Below, in pieces: positions 9,325-18,252 of a stretch of DNA of 64,000 nucleotides. This stretch comes from Actinomycetaceae bacterium. GTDB taxonomy: Bacteria; Actinomycetota; Actinomycetes; Actinomycetales; Actinomycetaceae. Every line of letters starts with the position of its first letter. Position 1 is the first letter of the stretch. The stretch lies in NCBI GenBank assembly GCA_030532405.1, contig JAUNLF010000004.1, positions 62,342 through 126,341 on the forward strand. Direction: 5' to 3'. The position numbers were made by a program, and so were the translations under genes. Under the pieces are notes generated by a model. The model was not told the origin of the DNA, searched no databases, and saw nothing but the letters and a program-made list of their open reading frames with translations.

Positions 9325-10677
9325 TTGGAAGGTAGGTGCAAGTTGGCGGACAAGTCGGGCTTTGAACGCACCCCTCCACAGGACCTTGAAGCGGAGCAGT
9401 CGGTACTCGGTTCGATGATGCTGTCCAAGGACGCAGTCAACGACGTGATTGAGGCTATCGACGGGTCGGACTATTACCTCCCCGTTCACGAGATCATCCA
9501 CAACACGATCATGGAGTTGTACTCGCGCGGCGAACCCATCGACACGCTGACCGTCGCCGGGGAGCTAAAACGCGCGGGCAATCTTTCCCGCCTGCAAGAT
9601 CCGACCTACCTGCACACGCTGGTCGCATCGGTACCAACAGCCGCAAACGCGGGATACTACGCGCGCATCGTCCGCGAACGCGCCCAACTTCGCCGCCTGG
9701 TTCAGGCCGGCACCAGGATCGTCCAGCTGGGATACGCCGAAGCCGGCGGCGACGTGGACGACATTGTGGATGCCGCCCAGTCCGAGATTTACGCCGTGTC
9801 CGAACGGCGCAACACCACCGACTACGTTGTACTCGGTGACATCGCCGACCCGCTGCTGACCCAGCTGGATGAGATCCAACAAAACAAGGGGTCTTCTAAA
9901 GGCGTACCGACAGGCATTCGCGACCTCGATCATCTAACAACCGGACTGCAACCGGGACAGATGATTATTGTTGCGGCCAGGCCCGCAATGGGTAAATCAA
10001 CGCTGGCCATGAACTTCATGCGCGCAGCCGCGGTCCACTCAAACATCACGTCGGTCATTTTCTCGCTGGAAATGTCACGCGACGAGATCGGCATGCGCCT
10101 ACTCGCCGCCGAGGCTGGCGTGCACTTTGGAAAAATGCGGCGCGGCGACATGGATGAGCGCGACTGGACGCGCCTTTCCAAGACAATCTCGCACATATCC
10201 AGCGCCCCGCTGTTCATTGACGACTCGCCAAACATGGCGATGAATGAGATCCGCTCCAAGTGCAGGCGGCTAAAGCAACAGCACAACCTGGGCCTTGTGG
10301 TCGTGGACTACCTGCAGCTCATGTCCTCGGGTAAAAGGGTGGAGTCGCGTCAGCAGGAAGTCTCCGAGTTCTCGCGTTCACTAAAACTTCTGGCAAAAGA
10401 ACTAGAGATCCCCGTTGTCGCGGTCGCCCAGCTAAACCGCGGACCCGAACAGCGCACCGACAAGAAACCCATGATGGCCGACCTTCGCGAATCCGGCTCG
10501 CTAGAGCAAGACGCGGACGTCATCATCTTGCTACACCGGCCCGACTACTACGAACCCGAAGAGCGCCCCGGCGAAGCCGACATCATCGTCGCCAAGCACC
10601 GTAACGGAGAGACCGGCTCAATCGCAGTTGCCTTCCAAGGCCACTACGCGCGGTTCGTAGACATGGCCCACGAATAG
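9325..10677 (+). CDS. dnaB: Replicative DNA helicase DnaB (no intein)
   Basis: PPQDLEAEQSVLGSMM matches the DnaB N-terminus. Walker A is ARPAMGKST, and DYLQLM and KHRNGETG are also present. The start is ambiguous: TTG at 9325 (track) or TTG at 9343, which is preceded by GGAAGG. Confidence 0.93.
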   Translation: MEGRCKLADKSGFERTPPQDLEAEQSVLGSMMLSKDAVNDVIEAIDGSDYYLPVHEIIHNTIMELYSRGEPIDTLTVAGELKRAGNLSRLQDPTYLHTLVASVPTAANAGYYARIVRERAQLRRLVQAGTRIVQLGYAEAGGDVDDIVDAAQSEIYAVSERRNTTDYVVLGDIADPLLTQLDEIQQNKGSSKGVPTGIRDLDHLTTGLQPGQMIIVAARPAMGKSTLAMNFMRAAAVHSNITSVIFSLEMSRDEIGMRLLAAEAGVHFGKMRRGDMDERDWTRLSKTISHISSAPLFIDDSPNMAMNEIRSKCRRLKQQHNLGLVVVDYLQLMSSGKRVESRQQEVSEFSRSLKLLAKELEIPVVAVAQLNRGPEQRTDKKPMMADLRESGSLEQDADVIILLHRPDYYEPEERPGEADIIVAKHRNGETGSIAVAFQGHYARFVDMAHE

Positions 10678-10840
10678 CCCGCTCGCCCTCCCGCGCAATA
10701 CGCATACACACGCGCCAGCATGGCCGTAAAGCCTTGCAAAACCGCGCAAAGTTCGCCCTCACAAAATACTGTGACTGACAACATCTGCAAAAATGTCATT
10801 AAAAGTTGAGGGTTCCACACGCTAGGCGCACACTGGAAAC

Positions 10841-11176
10841 ATGACTACGCAAGGTGTTGCTCCGAAGCCTCCGGTGGGATACAGGCCGCCGTGGGAAACT
10901 TCGCGCGCTTCGCAAACGCACGACAACCAGGTGCGCCCAAACCAGTTGACCCCAGAAGAGAGGGCGCGCCGCTCAAAGGTACGCAAAGCCGCCCCCAGGT
11001 GCCCACTGCGCCCAGGTGAACCGTGCACGCTATGTCAACCCTTCGTCACGGGCCCGCAAGACTGCCAAACCGTTCGAGTCGTCATGGAAGACCCGGAACT
11101 GCGCGCAATCCTGGCTGAAAAGAGGCGCGCCTACAACGAACGCATTCGAGCCCGCCGCGCTCAAAACGCGGACTAA
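10841..11176 (+). CDS. Hypothetical small basic protein with a four-Cys segment
   Basis: 111-aa ORF with genome-typical codon usage and no competing ORF. It contains CPLRPGEPCTLCQPFVTGPQDC and an Arg-rich C-terminal helix. I do not recognise a family. Confidence 0.45.
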   Translation: MTTQGVAPKPPVGYRPPWETSRASQTHDNQVRPNQLTPEERARRSKVRKAAPRCPLRPGEPCTLCQPFVTGPQDCQTVRVVMEDPELRAILAEKRRAYNERIRARRAQNAD

Positions 11177-11254
11177 GTGTTGCGCAAGCGTTAACGGTGC
11201 GTATAAAAGAAGTTAATCCCCGCAAGGGGCGTCTACGTTACGAACGAGGTCTAC

Positions 11255-12055
11255 ATGTCTTCGGAGAATCCATCAAAGGCCCTAGTCGTCGCCGGCAATG
11301 AAGCAACCGGCGGGGCTGGCATCCAGGTTGACCTAAAAACCTTCCACCAGCTGGGGGTTTACGGCGCGGGTGCCGTCACCTGCATCGTTTCCTTCGACCC
11401 CAAGAACGATTGGGCGCACCGTTTCGTGCCCATCGACGCGCAGGTCATTAAGGATCAGGTCGAGGCCGCAACCGGCACCTGGGACCTTGACACCGTGAAG
11501 ATCGGCATGCTCGGTACCGTCGCAACCATCGACGCCGTCAACGAGGCGCTTTCAAAGCAGGAGTGGAAGAACGTCGTCCTCGACCCCGTCCTTATTTGTA
11601 AGGGACAAGAAGAGGGCGATGCTCACGACACCGACGAAGCGCTAAAGGAAAAGATCCTCCCGCTGGCAACCGTGGTTACGCCGAACCTTTTCGAGACCTC
11701 CGCACTTTCCGGCATGGTTATCAAGAATGAGGACGACCTGGCTAAGGCTGCGATGAAGATTGGTGAATCCGGCCCCAAGTACGTCCTGGCCAAGGGCGGC
11801 ATGCAACTGCCCGGCGACGAGGCCGTCGACCTTTTGTGGGATGGCGAAAAGATCACGCGCTACGCGTCCCCCAAGGTGGGCGACGAGCGTCCGACCGGCG
11901 CCGGCTGCACCCTGGCGGCTGCGATCACCGCGGAGCTCGCTAAGGGCTCCGACATTTACGACGCCGTCCGCACCGCGAAGGAACTTGTCACCCGCGGCAT
12001 TGAGGGTCGCCTGTCCGCGCACACCCCGTTCGACGCCGTCTGGCAACAAGCCTAA
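11255..12055 (+). CDS. Pyridoxal/hydroxymethylpyrimidine kinase (PdxK/ThiD family)
   Basis: GGAGIQVDLKTF near the N-terminus and a GAGCTLAAAI anion hole near the C-terminus, typical of the ribokinase-like ThiD/PdxK family. Confidence 0.8.
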   Translation: MSSENPSKALVVAGNEATGGAGIQVDLKTFHQLGVYGAGAVTCIVSFDPKNDWAHRFVPIDAQVIKDQVEAATGTWDLDTVKIGMLGTVATIDAVNEALSKQEWKNVVLDPVLICKGQEEGDAHDTDEALKEKILPLATVVTPNLFETSALSGMVIKNEDDLAKAAMKIGESGPKYVLAKGGMQLPGDEAVDLLWDGEKITRYASPKVGDERPTGAGCTLAAAITAELAKGSDIYDAVRTAKELVTRGIEGRLSAHTPFDAVWQQA

Positions 12056-12145
12056 AGTGCCACGCGGGTTAATCCCGCGTCCGGTTCGAGCGAATCGGAT
12101 CCGGTAGCCGGGTCAGGTAGCCGGATCTGGCGAAACGCTTTTAGT

Positions 12146-12176
12146 AAAGGGCCGCTGCAGTTTGCAGCGGCCCTTT
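12146..12176 (+). terminator. Stem-loop terminator candidate after the pdxK/thiD-type gene
   Basis: AAAGGGCCGCTGC / GCAGCGGCCCTTT form a 13-bp perfect stem with a 5-nt loop, flanked by A-run and T-run sequence. Confidence 0.6.
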
Positions 12177-12227
12177 CGCGTGCGCGCAACCGGGTAGCGC
12201 GCAGAGATTGCGCTACGCTGTGCGCTC

Positions 12228-12308
12228 GCGGCCACACGGCGGCGGGTGTGCGGGGCACTCGTGTTTCGCCCCGGCTAGGCCGAGCCCCGTGTCGCGCCGT
12301 GTGGCCGC
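12228..12308. other. GC-rich long hairpin element in the 5' region of the LLM operon
   Basis: A perfect 14-nt inverted repeat: GCGGCCACACGGCG (12228-12241) and CGCCGTGTGGCCGC (12295-12308). It encloses an inner CGGGGC...GCCCCG hairpin. An extra 7-bp hairpin GTAGCGC/GCGCTAC lies just upstream at about 12195-12217. Confidence 0.4.
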
Positions 12309-12357
12309 GGGGTTTGCAAGCCCGCCCTCGTATATGAAGTTGGTTATTTCGATCACA

Positions 12358-12426
12358 AACACCATTTTTGGTGTTGATTTAATGCTCGCGCATTCCTATT
12401 CTGAATGCAGTCGTTCAAACTTGAAC
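12358..12426 (+). promoter_or_regulatory. Three short inverted repeats just upstream of the LLM gene (candidate MarR operators)
   Basis: AACACC-N6-GGTGTT (12358-12375), GCATTC-N7-GAATGC (12390-12408) and GTTCAA-AC-TTGAAC (12413-12426). They sit 35-100 nt upstream of the ATG at 12460. The operon ends with a MarR gene. Confidence 0.25.
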
Positions 12427-12459
12427 AAACAAGCTTTAGGCAGAACACAGGAGCAAAAA

Positions 12460-13617
12460 ATGCAGTTCGGAATCTTCACCATTGGGGATGTCACCTACGA
12501 TCCCGTAAACAACAAGATGCCCACCGCTAACGAGCGCATCAAGAACACCGTTGAGATGGCAAAGCACGCCGAAGAGGTAGGCTTTGACGTATTCGCAACC
12601 GGTCAGCACCACAACCCGCCGTTCGTAGCACCCGGCAACCCGCCGACGCTACTTGCATACCTGGCCGCGGAAACCGAAAAGATGATTCTGTCCACCGCGA
12701 CCACGCTCATCACCACGATGGACCCGGTTCGCCTCGCCGAAGACTACGCGTACCTGCAGCACCTGGCTGACGGCCGCGTCGACCTCACGATGGGCCGCGG
12801 CAACACCGGCCCGGTCTACCCCTGGTTCGGCCGCGACATTCGCGAAGGCATTCCGCTAGCCATCGAAAACTACAACCTGCTTTACAGGCTGTGGAACGAA
12901 GACACCGTGAACTGGAGCGGCAAGTACCGCACGCCTCTGCAGAGCTTCAGCTCGATGCCCCGCCCGCTCGACGGCGTCGCCCCGTTCGTGTGGCACGGCT
13001 CGATCCGCAGCCCCGAAATCGCAGAGCAGGCCGCGTACTACGGTGACGGCTTCTTCCACAACAACATCTTCTGGACCAAGGACCACGTGCAGCGCATGGT
13101 GGCCCTGTACCGCCAGCGTTACGAATACTATGGTCACGGCAAGGCTGACGAAGCCTACGTCGCACTGGGTGGCCAGGCGTTCATGCGCAAGAACTCCCAG
13201 GACGCCGTGCGCGAGTTCCGCCCCTACTTCGACAACGCCCCCGTATACGGCCACGGCCCGTCCCTGGAGCAATACCAGGAAATGACGCCGCTAACCGTCG
13301 GCTCGCCGCAGGAAGTCATCGACCGCACCCTCGAGTTCCGCGAGTGGGTAGGCGACTACCAGCGTCAGATGTTCCTCATCGACCACGCGGGTCTGCCGCA
13401 AAAGATCGTCATGGAGCAGCTCGACTTGTGGGGCGAGGTCCTGCCCGTCCTGCGCAAGGAATTCGACGCCATGAAGCCCGCCAACGTTCCGGACGGCCCG
13501 ACCCACGAGTTCCTCGTCGAGCGCGCCCGCGCCGGCAAGGCCCCCATCGCCGGTGGTGGCCCGGGCTCGCAAGCCGAAGCTGACCGTCAAGCCGCTGCTG
13601 AAAAGAAAGGTAAGTAA
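12460..13617 (+). CDS. Luciferase-like (LLM class) FMN-dependent monooxygenase
   Basis: The protein begins MQFGIFTIGDVTYDP, contains FATGQHHNPPF, and has LLM-type TIM-barrel length. The ATG at 12460 is preceded by AGGAGC. The track start at 12208 runs through structured intergenic DNA and is rejected. Confidence 0.8.
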   Translation: MQFGIFTIGDVTYDPVNNKMPTANERIKNTVEMAKHAEEVGFDVFATGQHHNPPFVAPGNPPTLLAYLAAETEKMILSTATTLITTMDPVRLAEDYAYLQHLADGRVDLTMGRGNTGPVYPWFGRDIREGIPLAIENYNLLYRLWNEDTVNWSGKYRTPLQSFSSMPRPLDGVAPFVWHGSIRSPEIAEQAAYYGDGFFHNNIFWTKDHVQRMVALYRQRYEYYGHGKADEAYVALGGQAFMRKNSQDAVREFRPYFDNAPVYGHGPSLEQYQEMTPLTVGSPQEVIDRTLEFREWVGDYQRQMFLIDHAGLPQKIVMEQLDLWGEVLPVLRKEFDAMKPANVPDGPTHEFLVERARAGKAPIAGGGPGSQAEADRQAAAEKKGK

Positions 13618-13622
13618 GGATC

Positions 13623-14315
13623 ATGGCTGAATCTCAATCCCCCTCCATTAACGCAACCCGCGACCCGTTCACACCGCAGTCGCGCCGCATCGTGGTGGTA
13701 AGTGGCGGACTTTCCGAGTCGGCCTCCTCCTCCCGCCTTGCCCGGTCGCTCGCGGACGCCACGTCGGATGCGCTGTCCGCAATGGGCATTGGCGTTGACC
13801 TCGAGATTGTCGAGCTTCGTCCTCTTGCTACGGAAATCGCCGAAGCAATGATCACGATGAACGCGGCGCCCGCCCTCAAAAAGGCACTTGATGCGGTCGA
13901 GGGCGCTGACGGTATCATCGCGGTTTCGCCGACGTTCCAGGCGTCGTATTCGGGCCTGTTCAAGTCGTTCTGGGACCTGTTCGAAGATCCGATGCGCCAC
14001 AAGCCGATTATGCTGGGTGCTACGGGAGGTTCCGCACGTCACTCGCTGATTATCGACTACGCGATGCGCCCGCTGTTCTCCTACCTGCGCATGGACATCA
14101 TGCCGTCCGCTGTTTTCGCAGCGTCGGATGACTTCGGTGATGTGGTAGGAAAGAACGAGGGGACCCGCACCGCTCCGCTGCAAGAACGCGTTGTTCGCGC
14201 AGGCACCGAGTTCGCGCAGACCCTGTCCGAGCGGCCCGCCCTTGCGCGCGCTGAAAACGAAGACAAAGTCCTTAATGTGCAACCGTTCGAGGAGATGCTA
14301 AATGCCCTCCGATAG
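13623..14315 (+). CDS. NADPH-dependent FMN reductase partner of the LLM
   Basis: IVVVSGGLSESASSSRLA and IAVSPTFQASYSGLFKSFWD indicate a flavodoxin-like FMN reductase. It starts 6 nt after the LLM stop. Confidence 0.8.
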   Translation: MAESQSPSINATRDPFTPQSRRIVVVSGGLSESASSSRLARSLADATSDALSAMGIGVDLEIVELRPLATEIAEAMITMNAAPALKKALDAVEGADGIIAVSPTFQASYSGLFKSFWDLFEDPMRHKPIMLGATGGSARHSLIIDYAMRPLFSYLRMDIMPSAVFAASDDFGDVVGKNEGTRTAPLQERVVRAGTEFAQTLSERPALARAENEDKVLNVQPFEEMLNALR

Positions 14316-14892
14316 TGACTACGATCCCGAGTGTGAGGACGTAGCTGAGGCTCGCATAGATGCTTTGGAGGCGACCGGTTCCGGTGGGCCTGTGCCCGCC
14401 GGTTCCGGCGTAGCCGAGGCCGTGTCCCTGCAGCTATCTACTCGCAGCGATGAGGAGGCGCGTGTCGCCCTGTGGCGCGCGTGGCGTATCTACATTGAAA
14501 CGACAGGCCGCATGCAAAGCGAGATCGACGCCGTCCTCCACAAGGGCGCCGGTATCGCGATTGCGGACTACAACCTGCTGCTACTTCTTACTGAAGCACC
14601 CGAGCGGCGCCTTCGCTTCAAGGAGCTAGCCCAGCGCATGTCGTTTTCGAAGTCGCGTCTTTCCTACCAGATTCGCAGCCTCGAAAAGCGTGGCCTTATC
14701 AGTAGGGAGGCCGTTGAGGGCGATGCCCGCGGCCTTGACGTGCAGCTAACGCAAGAGGGTATGCAGACCTTTAAGAAGGCGGCTCGCTTGCATGAAAAGC
14801 ACGTGCAGGCGCTCATGTTCGACTCCATCTCTTTGCAGGAGGCCGAGGTTTTAGAGCGCATCTTTACTCGAGTCGCTAAGAAACTACTTTAG
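14302..14892 (+). CDS. MarR family transcriptional regulator
   Basis: Winged-helix region LRFKELAQRMSFSKSRLSYQIRSLEKRGLISRE. It overlaps the reductase gene by 14 nt. Confidence 0.8.
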   Translation: MPSDSDYDPECEDVAEARIDALEATGSGGPVPAGSGVAEAVSLQLSTRSDEEARVALWRAWRIYIETTGRMQSEIDAVLHKGAGIAIADYNLLLLLTEAPERRLRFKELAQRMSFSKSRLSYQIRSLEKRGLISREAVEGDARGLDVQLTQEGMQTFKKAARLHEKHVQALMFDSISLQEAEVLERIFTRVAKKLL

Positions 14893-14909
14893 TGCGCCGC
14901 TATCCAAGT

Positions 14910-14941
14910 CAGCCCGACACTGATCCGTCAGTGTCGGGCTG
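14910..14941 (+). terminator. Rho-independent terminator after the MarR gene
   Basis: CAGCCCGACACTGA / TCAGTGTCGGGCTG form a 14-bp perfect stem with a 4-nt loop, followed by ATTTCATATATGTTT. Confidence 0.75.
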
Positions 14942-15097
14942 ATTTCATATATGTTTCATGGGTTGTCGAATAACAAAACGTCAACATAATCTAATGAATG
15001 CAAAATAACTGTATGCACATGTCAATGAAGACGCGTTATATCAAGGTTTGGACGATGCTGAACCTTTAACCAGCGGGGCCCTGCCTAGCATGGACAT

Positions 15098-15673
15098 ATG
15101 GTCGAGGTAAGAATTCACGGCCGCGGTGGGCAAGGTGTCGTCACTGCCGCGGACTTATTGGCAATGGCGGCATTTGAAGACGGCCATCACGCGCAAGCGT
15201 TTCCATCATTTGGTTCGGAACGCACGGGCGCGCCGGTCGTGTCTTACTGCAGGATCCGCGATACGAGCATCCGCAGTCGCGAACCGGTACTGGAACCGGA
15301 CCTGATTATTGTTCAGGATCCCACCCTGCTTCCCATCATGGACGTTTTCTCCGGTCTTAAACCGAACGGGTTTGGGCTTATCAACTCTGCAAAACCACTC
15401 GCAGAACTGGGCCTTAAAGACCTTGAAGATAGTTACGCGCCGGGCCACATCGTGGCTATTCCCGCGGCGGATATTGCGCGCGAGCATTTGGGACGCCCCC
15501 TGCCGAACGCCGTCCTTCTAGGTGGCGTGTCAGCGCTGACGCAAATCGTTCGGTTGGAATCAGTACTTGATGCAATCGGAGGGCGTTTTAGCGGCAAGGT
15601 GGCCGCGGCAAACCAGGCGGCCGCGAAGGCTGCGTACGACCTCGTTTCGGAAATGAAGGAACAATATGCTTGA
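15098..15673 (+). CDS. 2-oxoacid:acceptor oxidoreductase, gamma subunit
   Basis: The N-terminus RIHGRGGQGVVTAADLLA is typical of PorG/KorC-type gamma subunits. Confidence 0.85.
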   Translation: MVEVRIHGRGGQGVVTAADLLAMAAFEDGHHAQAFPSFGSERTGAPVVSYCRIRDTSIRSREPVLEPDLIIVQDPTLLPIMDVFSGLKPNGFGLINSAKPLAELGLKDLEDSYAPGHIVAIPAADIAREHLGRPLPNAVLLGGVSALTQIVRLESVLDAIGGRFSGKVAAANQAAAKAAYDLVSEMKEQYA

Positions 15674-16949
15674 GCAAATTGAAGGCTCCCAAGCGATGGC
15701 GAAGGCTGTTGCAGCCTGTCGTCCCGAAGTAATCAGTGCCTACCCCATCAGCCCGCAAACGCACATTGTGGAAGCCCTGTCCGCCCTCGTGAAATCAGGA
15801 AAACTTCCAAACTGTGAATACGTGAACGTGGAGTCGGAATTCTCCGCAATGTCGGCGTGCATTGGCGCATCCGCAGTGGGCGCGAGGGCGTACACGGCAA
15901 CTGCTTCGCAGGGCCTTTTGTACATGGTTGAGGCCGTTTACAACGCTTCCGGCCTGGGGTTGCCCATCGTGATGACGGTTGCGAACCGCGCGATTGGTGC
16001 TCCTATTAACATTTGGAACGATCACACTGACGCGATGAGTCAGCGCGATTCCGGATGGTTGCAACTGTACGCGGAGAACAACCAGGAGGCCGCGGACCTG
16101 CACGTCCAGGCGTTCCGCATTGCCGAGGAGCTTTCGCTGCCGGTCATGGTCTGCATGGACGGTTTCATCTTGACGCACGCGGTTGAACAGGTAGATGTGC
16201 CCGAGCGCGAACAAGTTGAGAAGTTCCTGCCGCCCTACGAGCCGCGCCAGGTGCTGGACCCCGAAGACCCCGTTTCGATCGGCGCGATGGTCGGCCCCGA
16301 AGCGTTCACCGAGGTTCGCTACCTCGCGCACGCCAAGCAGCTGCAAGCCCTGGAGCTCATCCCGCAGGTACAAAAAGAGTTCCAGGAAGTATTCGGCCGC
16401 GATTCGGGCGGCCTGGTCCGTCCCTACAAGTGCGAAGACGCCGAGACGATCATCGTTGCGCTCGGATCCGTCCTCGGAACAATTAAGGACGTTGTGGATG
16501 AACGACGCGAGAAGGGCGAAAAGATCGGCGTCCTTGGAATCACGTCATTCCGTCCGTTCCCCAGCGAACAGGTACGCGAAATCCTGAAGGACGCGGACCG
16601 TTTCATCGTTTTGGAAAAGGCATTCTCGGTAGGTATCGGCGGCATTGTTTCATCGCACTGCCGCGCGGCACTTCGCGGTTTGAACTTCACCTGCCACGAA
16701 CTCATCGCAGGGCTCGGTGGCCGCAACATTACGGCCGCATCGCTGAACAACTACCTGGATCACGCGGTCGTAGACGATGTTGCAGACACGACCTTCCTAG
16801 ACCTGGACAAGGAACTCGTTGAACGCGAACTGGAGCGCGAGGCGAAGGTTCGCCGCTCGGGATCTCCGGCTGAAAACATCATCCGCGACATGCAAGATCG
16901 CGTGAACGCAAAGCTAAACCTCGAAGTTTCAAAGAAGGCGGATAAATAA
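15666..16949 (+). CDS. 2-oxoacid:acceptor oxidoreductase, alpha subunit
   Basis: EGSQAMAKAV...SAYPISPQTHIVE is PorA-like, and the length (427 aa) fits. It overlaps the gamma gene by 8 nt. Confidence 0.85.
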   Translation: MLEQIEGSQAMAKAVAACRPEVISAYPISPQTHIVEALSALVKSGKLPNCEYVNVESEFSAMSACIGASAVGARAYTATASQGLLYMVEAVYNASGLGLPIVMTVANRAIGAPINIWNDHTDAMSQRDSGWLQLYAENNQEAADLHVQAFRIAEELSLPVMVCMDGFILTHAVEQVDVPEREQVEKFLPPYEPRQVLDPEDPVSIGAMVGPEAFTEVRYLAHAKQLQALELIPQVQKEFQEVFGRDSGGLVRPYKCEDAETIIVALGSVLGTIKDVVDERREKGEKIGVLGITSFRPFPSEQVREILKDADRFIVLEKAFSVGIGGIVSSHCRAALRGLNFTCHELIAGLGGRNITAASLNNYLDHAVVDDVADTTFLDLDKELVERELEREAKVRRSGSPAENIIRDMQDRVNAKLNLEVSKKADK

Positions 16950-18250
16950 TGACCACGCTGTCGCAACCCGAGCGGGAACAACGCAGTGTCGATCTGGGCA
17001 TGCCCCAGACCCGCCAGACGGAAATCCCCGCACGCGAAAAAGTAAAGTTCTACCAAGTTGGCTCCTACGCCGTCGGTAACCGCCTAGCTGAAGAGCAACT
17101 ACGCGCGGTCCAGTCCGACCCGAACCGCTACAACTCCCTAACTTCCGGCCACCGCGCCTGCCAGGGATGCGGTGAGGCACTGGGTGCCCGCTACGCACTG
17201 GACACCGCGATGCGCGCAACCAACAAAGACATGGTTGCAATCAACGCGACCGGCTGTCTGGAAGTGTTCTCCACCCCGTACCCCGAAACGTCGTGGACCA
17301 TCCCGTGGCTGCACTCGCTGTTCGGCAACGCGGCCGCGGTCGCGTCCGGCGCGGCCGCCGCAATGAAGGCCAAGGGTCGGTCCACTCGCGTGGTCGCCCA
17401 GGGTGGTGACGGCGGCACGGTCGACATTGGTTTCGGCCCCCTGTCGGGCATGATGGAGCGCAACGACGACGTGCTCTACATTTGCTACGACAACGAGGCG
17501 TACATGAACACGGGCGTGCAACGCTCCGGCGCAACCCCGCCCACCGCGCGCACCGCCACAACTCAGCCGGTCGGCCCGAACCCGGGCAACGAGTGGGGCA
17601 AGGGCAAAGACATGGCTCGCATCGCCATGGCCCACGAGATCCCCTACGTTGCCACCGCAACCGTGGCTGACCTGCGCGACCTCGAATACAAGGTAAATAA
17701 GGCAATGCAGTTCCGCGGCGCACGCTACATTCACGTGCTTGTGCCCTGCCCGCTGGGATGGGGATCCGCGTCGAACCTGACGATCAAACTGGCACGGCTC
17801 GCGGTTCAAACGGGTATTTTCCCCGTTTACGAGGCCGAGTATGGCGAGATCACTTCGGTTATGAAGCTGCGCCGCCCAACCCCTGTCGAGGAGTACTTAA
17901 GGCCGCAACGCCGTTTCGCGCACCTGTTTAAGAAGGGTGGGGATCCGGAGTCGATCCGCCGCATCCAGGCGGGTGCCGACCGTAACATTCGCCGTTACAA
18001 CCTGGTGGATGACGAGGATTACGACCTCGCAACTGAAAACTACGTCGAGTTTGAACAAGCCCGTTACGGATTCCGCAAGCCCGTTGGTGAGGCCGAAGAA
18101 CAGGCCGGAGCCAGTGGCGCAACGGAACAGACTGCATCGGATACGACGACCAAACGTTTCTCGGCAAATCCGCAAACTATCGCGGATTCGGCAGACAACA
18201 TTAAAGCCGGCGAGGGCGCTGGTGAAGCGGACGTGCAAGGACAGAACTGA
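16949..18250 (+). CDS. 2-oxoacid:acceptor oxidoreductase, beta (TPP-binding) subunit with ~110-aa acidic C-terminal extension
   Basis: GHRACQGCGE (Cys cluster) and the GDGGTVDIGF...NEAYMNTG TPP motif. The ATG shares one nucleotide with the alpha-subunit TAA stop. The tail begins at about DDEDYDLATENY. Confidence 0.85.
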   Translation: MTTLSQPEREQRSVDLGMPQTRQTEIPAREKVKFYQVGSYAVGNRLAEEQLRAVQSDPNRYNSLTSGHRACQGCGEALGARYALDTAMRATNKDMVAINATGCLEVFSTPYPETSWTIPWLHSLFGNAAAVASGAAAAMKAKGRSTRVVAQGGDGGTVDIGFGPLSGMMERNDDVLYICYDNEAYMNTGVQRSGATPPTARTATTQPVGPNPGNEWGKGKDMARIAMAHEIPYVATATVADLRDLEYKVNKAMQFRGARYIHVLVPCPLGWGSASNLTIKLARLAVQTGIFPVYEAEYGEITSVMKLRRPTPVEEYLRPQRRFAHLFKKGGDPESIRRIQAGADRNIRRYNLVDDEDYDLATENYVEFEQARYGFRKPVGEAEEQAGASGATEQTASDTTTKRFSANPQTIADSADNIKAGEGAGEADVQGQN

Positions 18251-18252
18251 CA

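Noticed and set aside
11177-11254. TPP or other riboswitch upstream of the ThiD/PdxK-type kinase.
   Set aside because: The spacer is only 78 nt and lacks the conserved CUGAGA / ACCUGA-type TPP elements. It contains only a trivial 4-bp hairpin.
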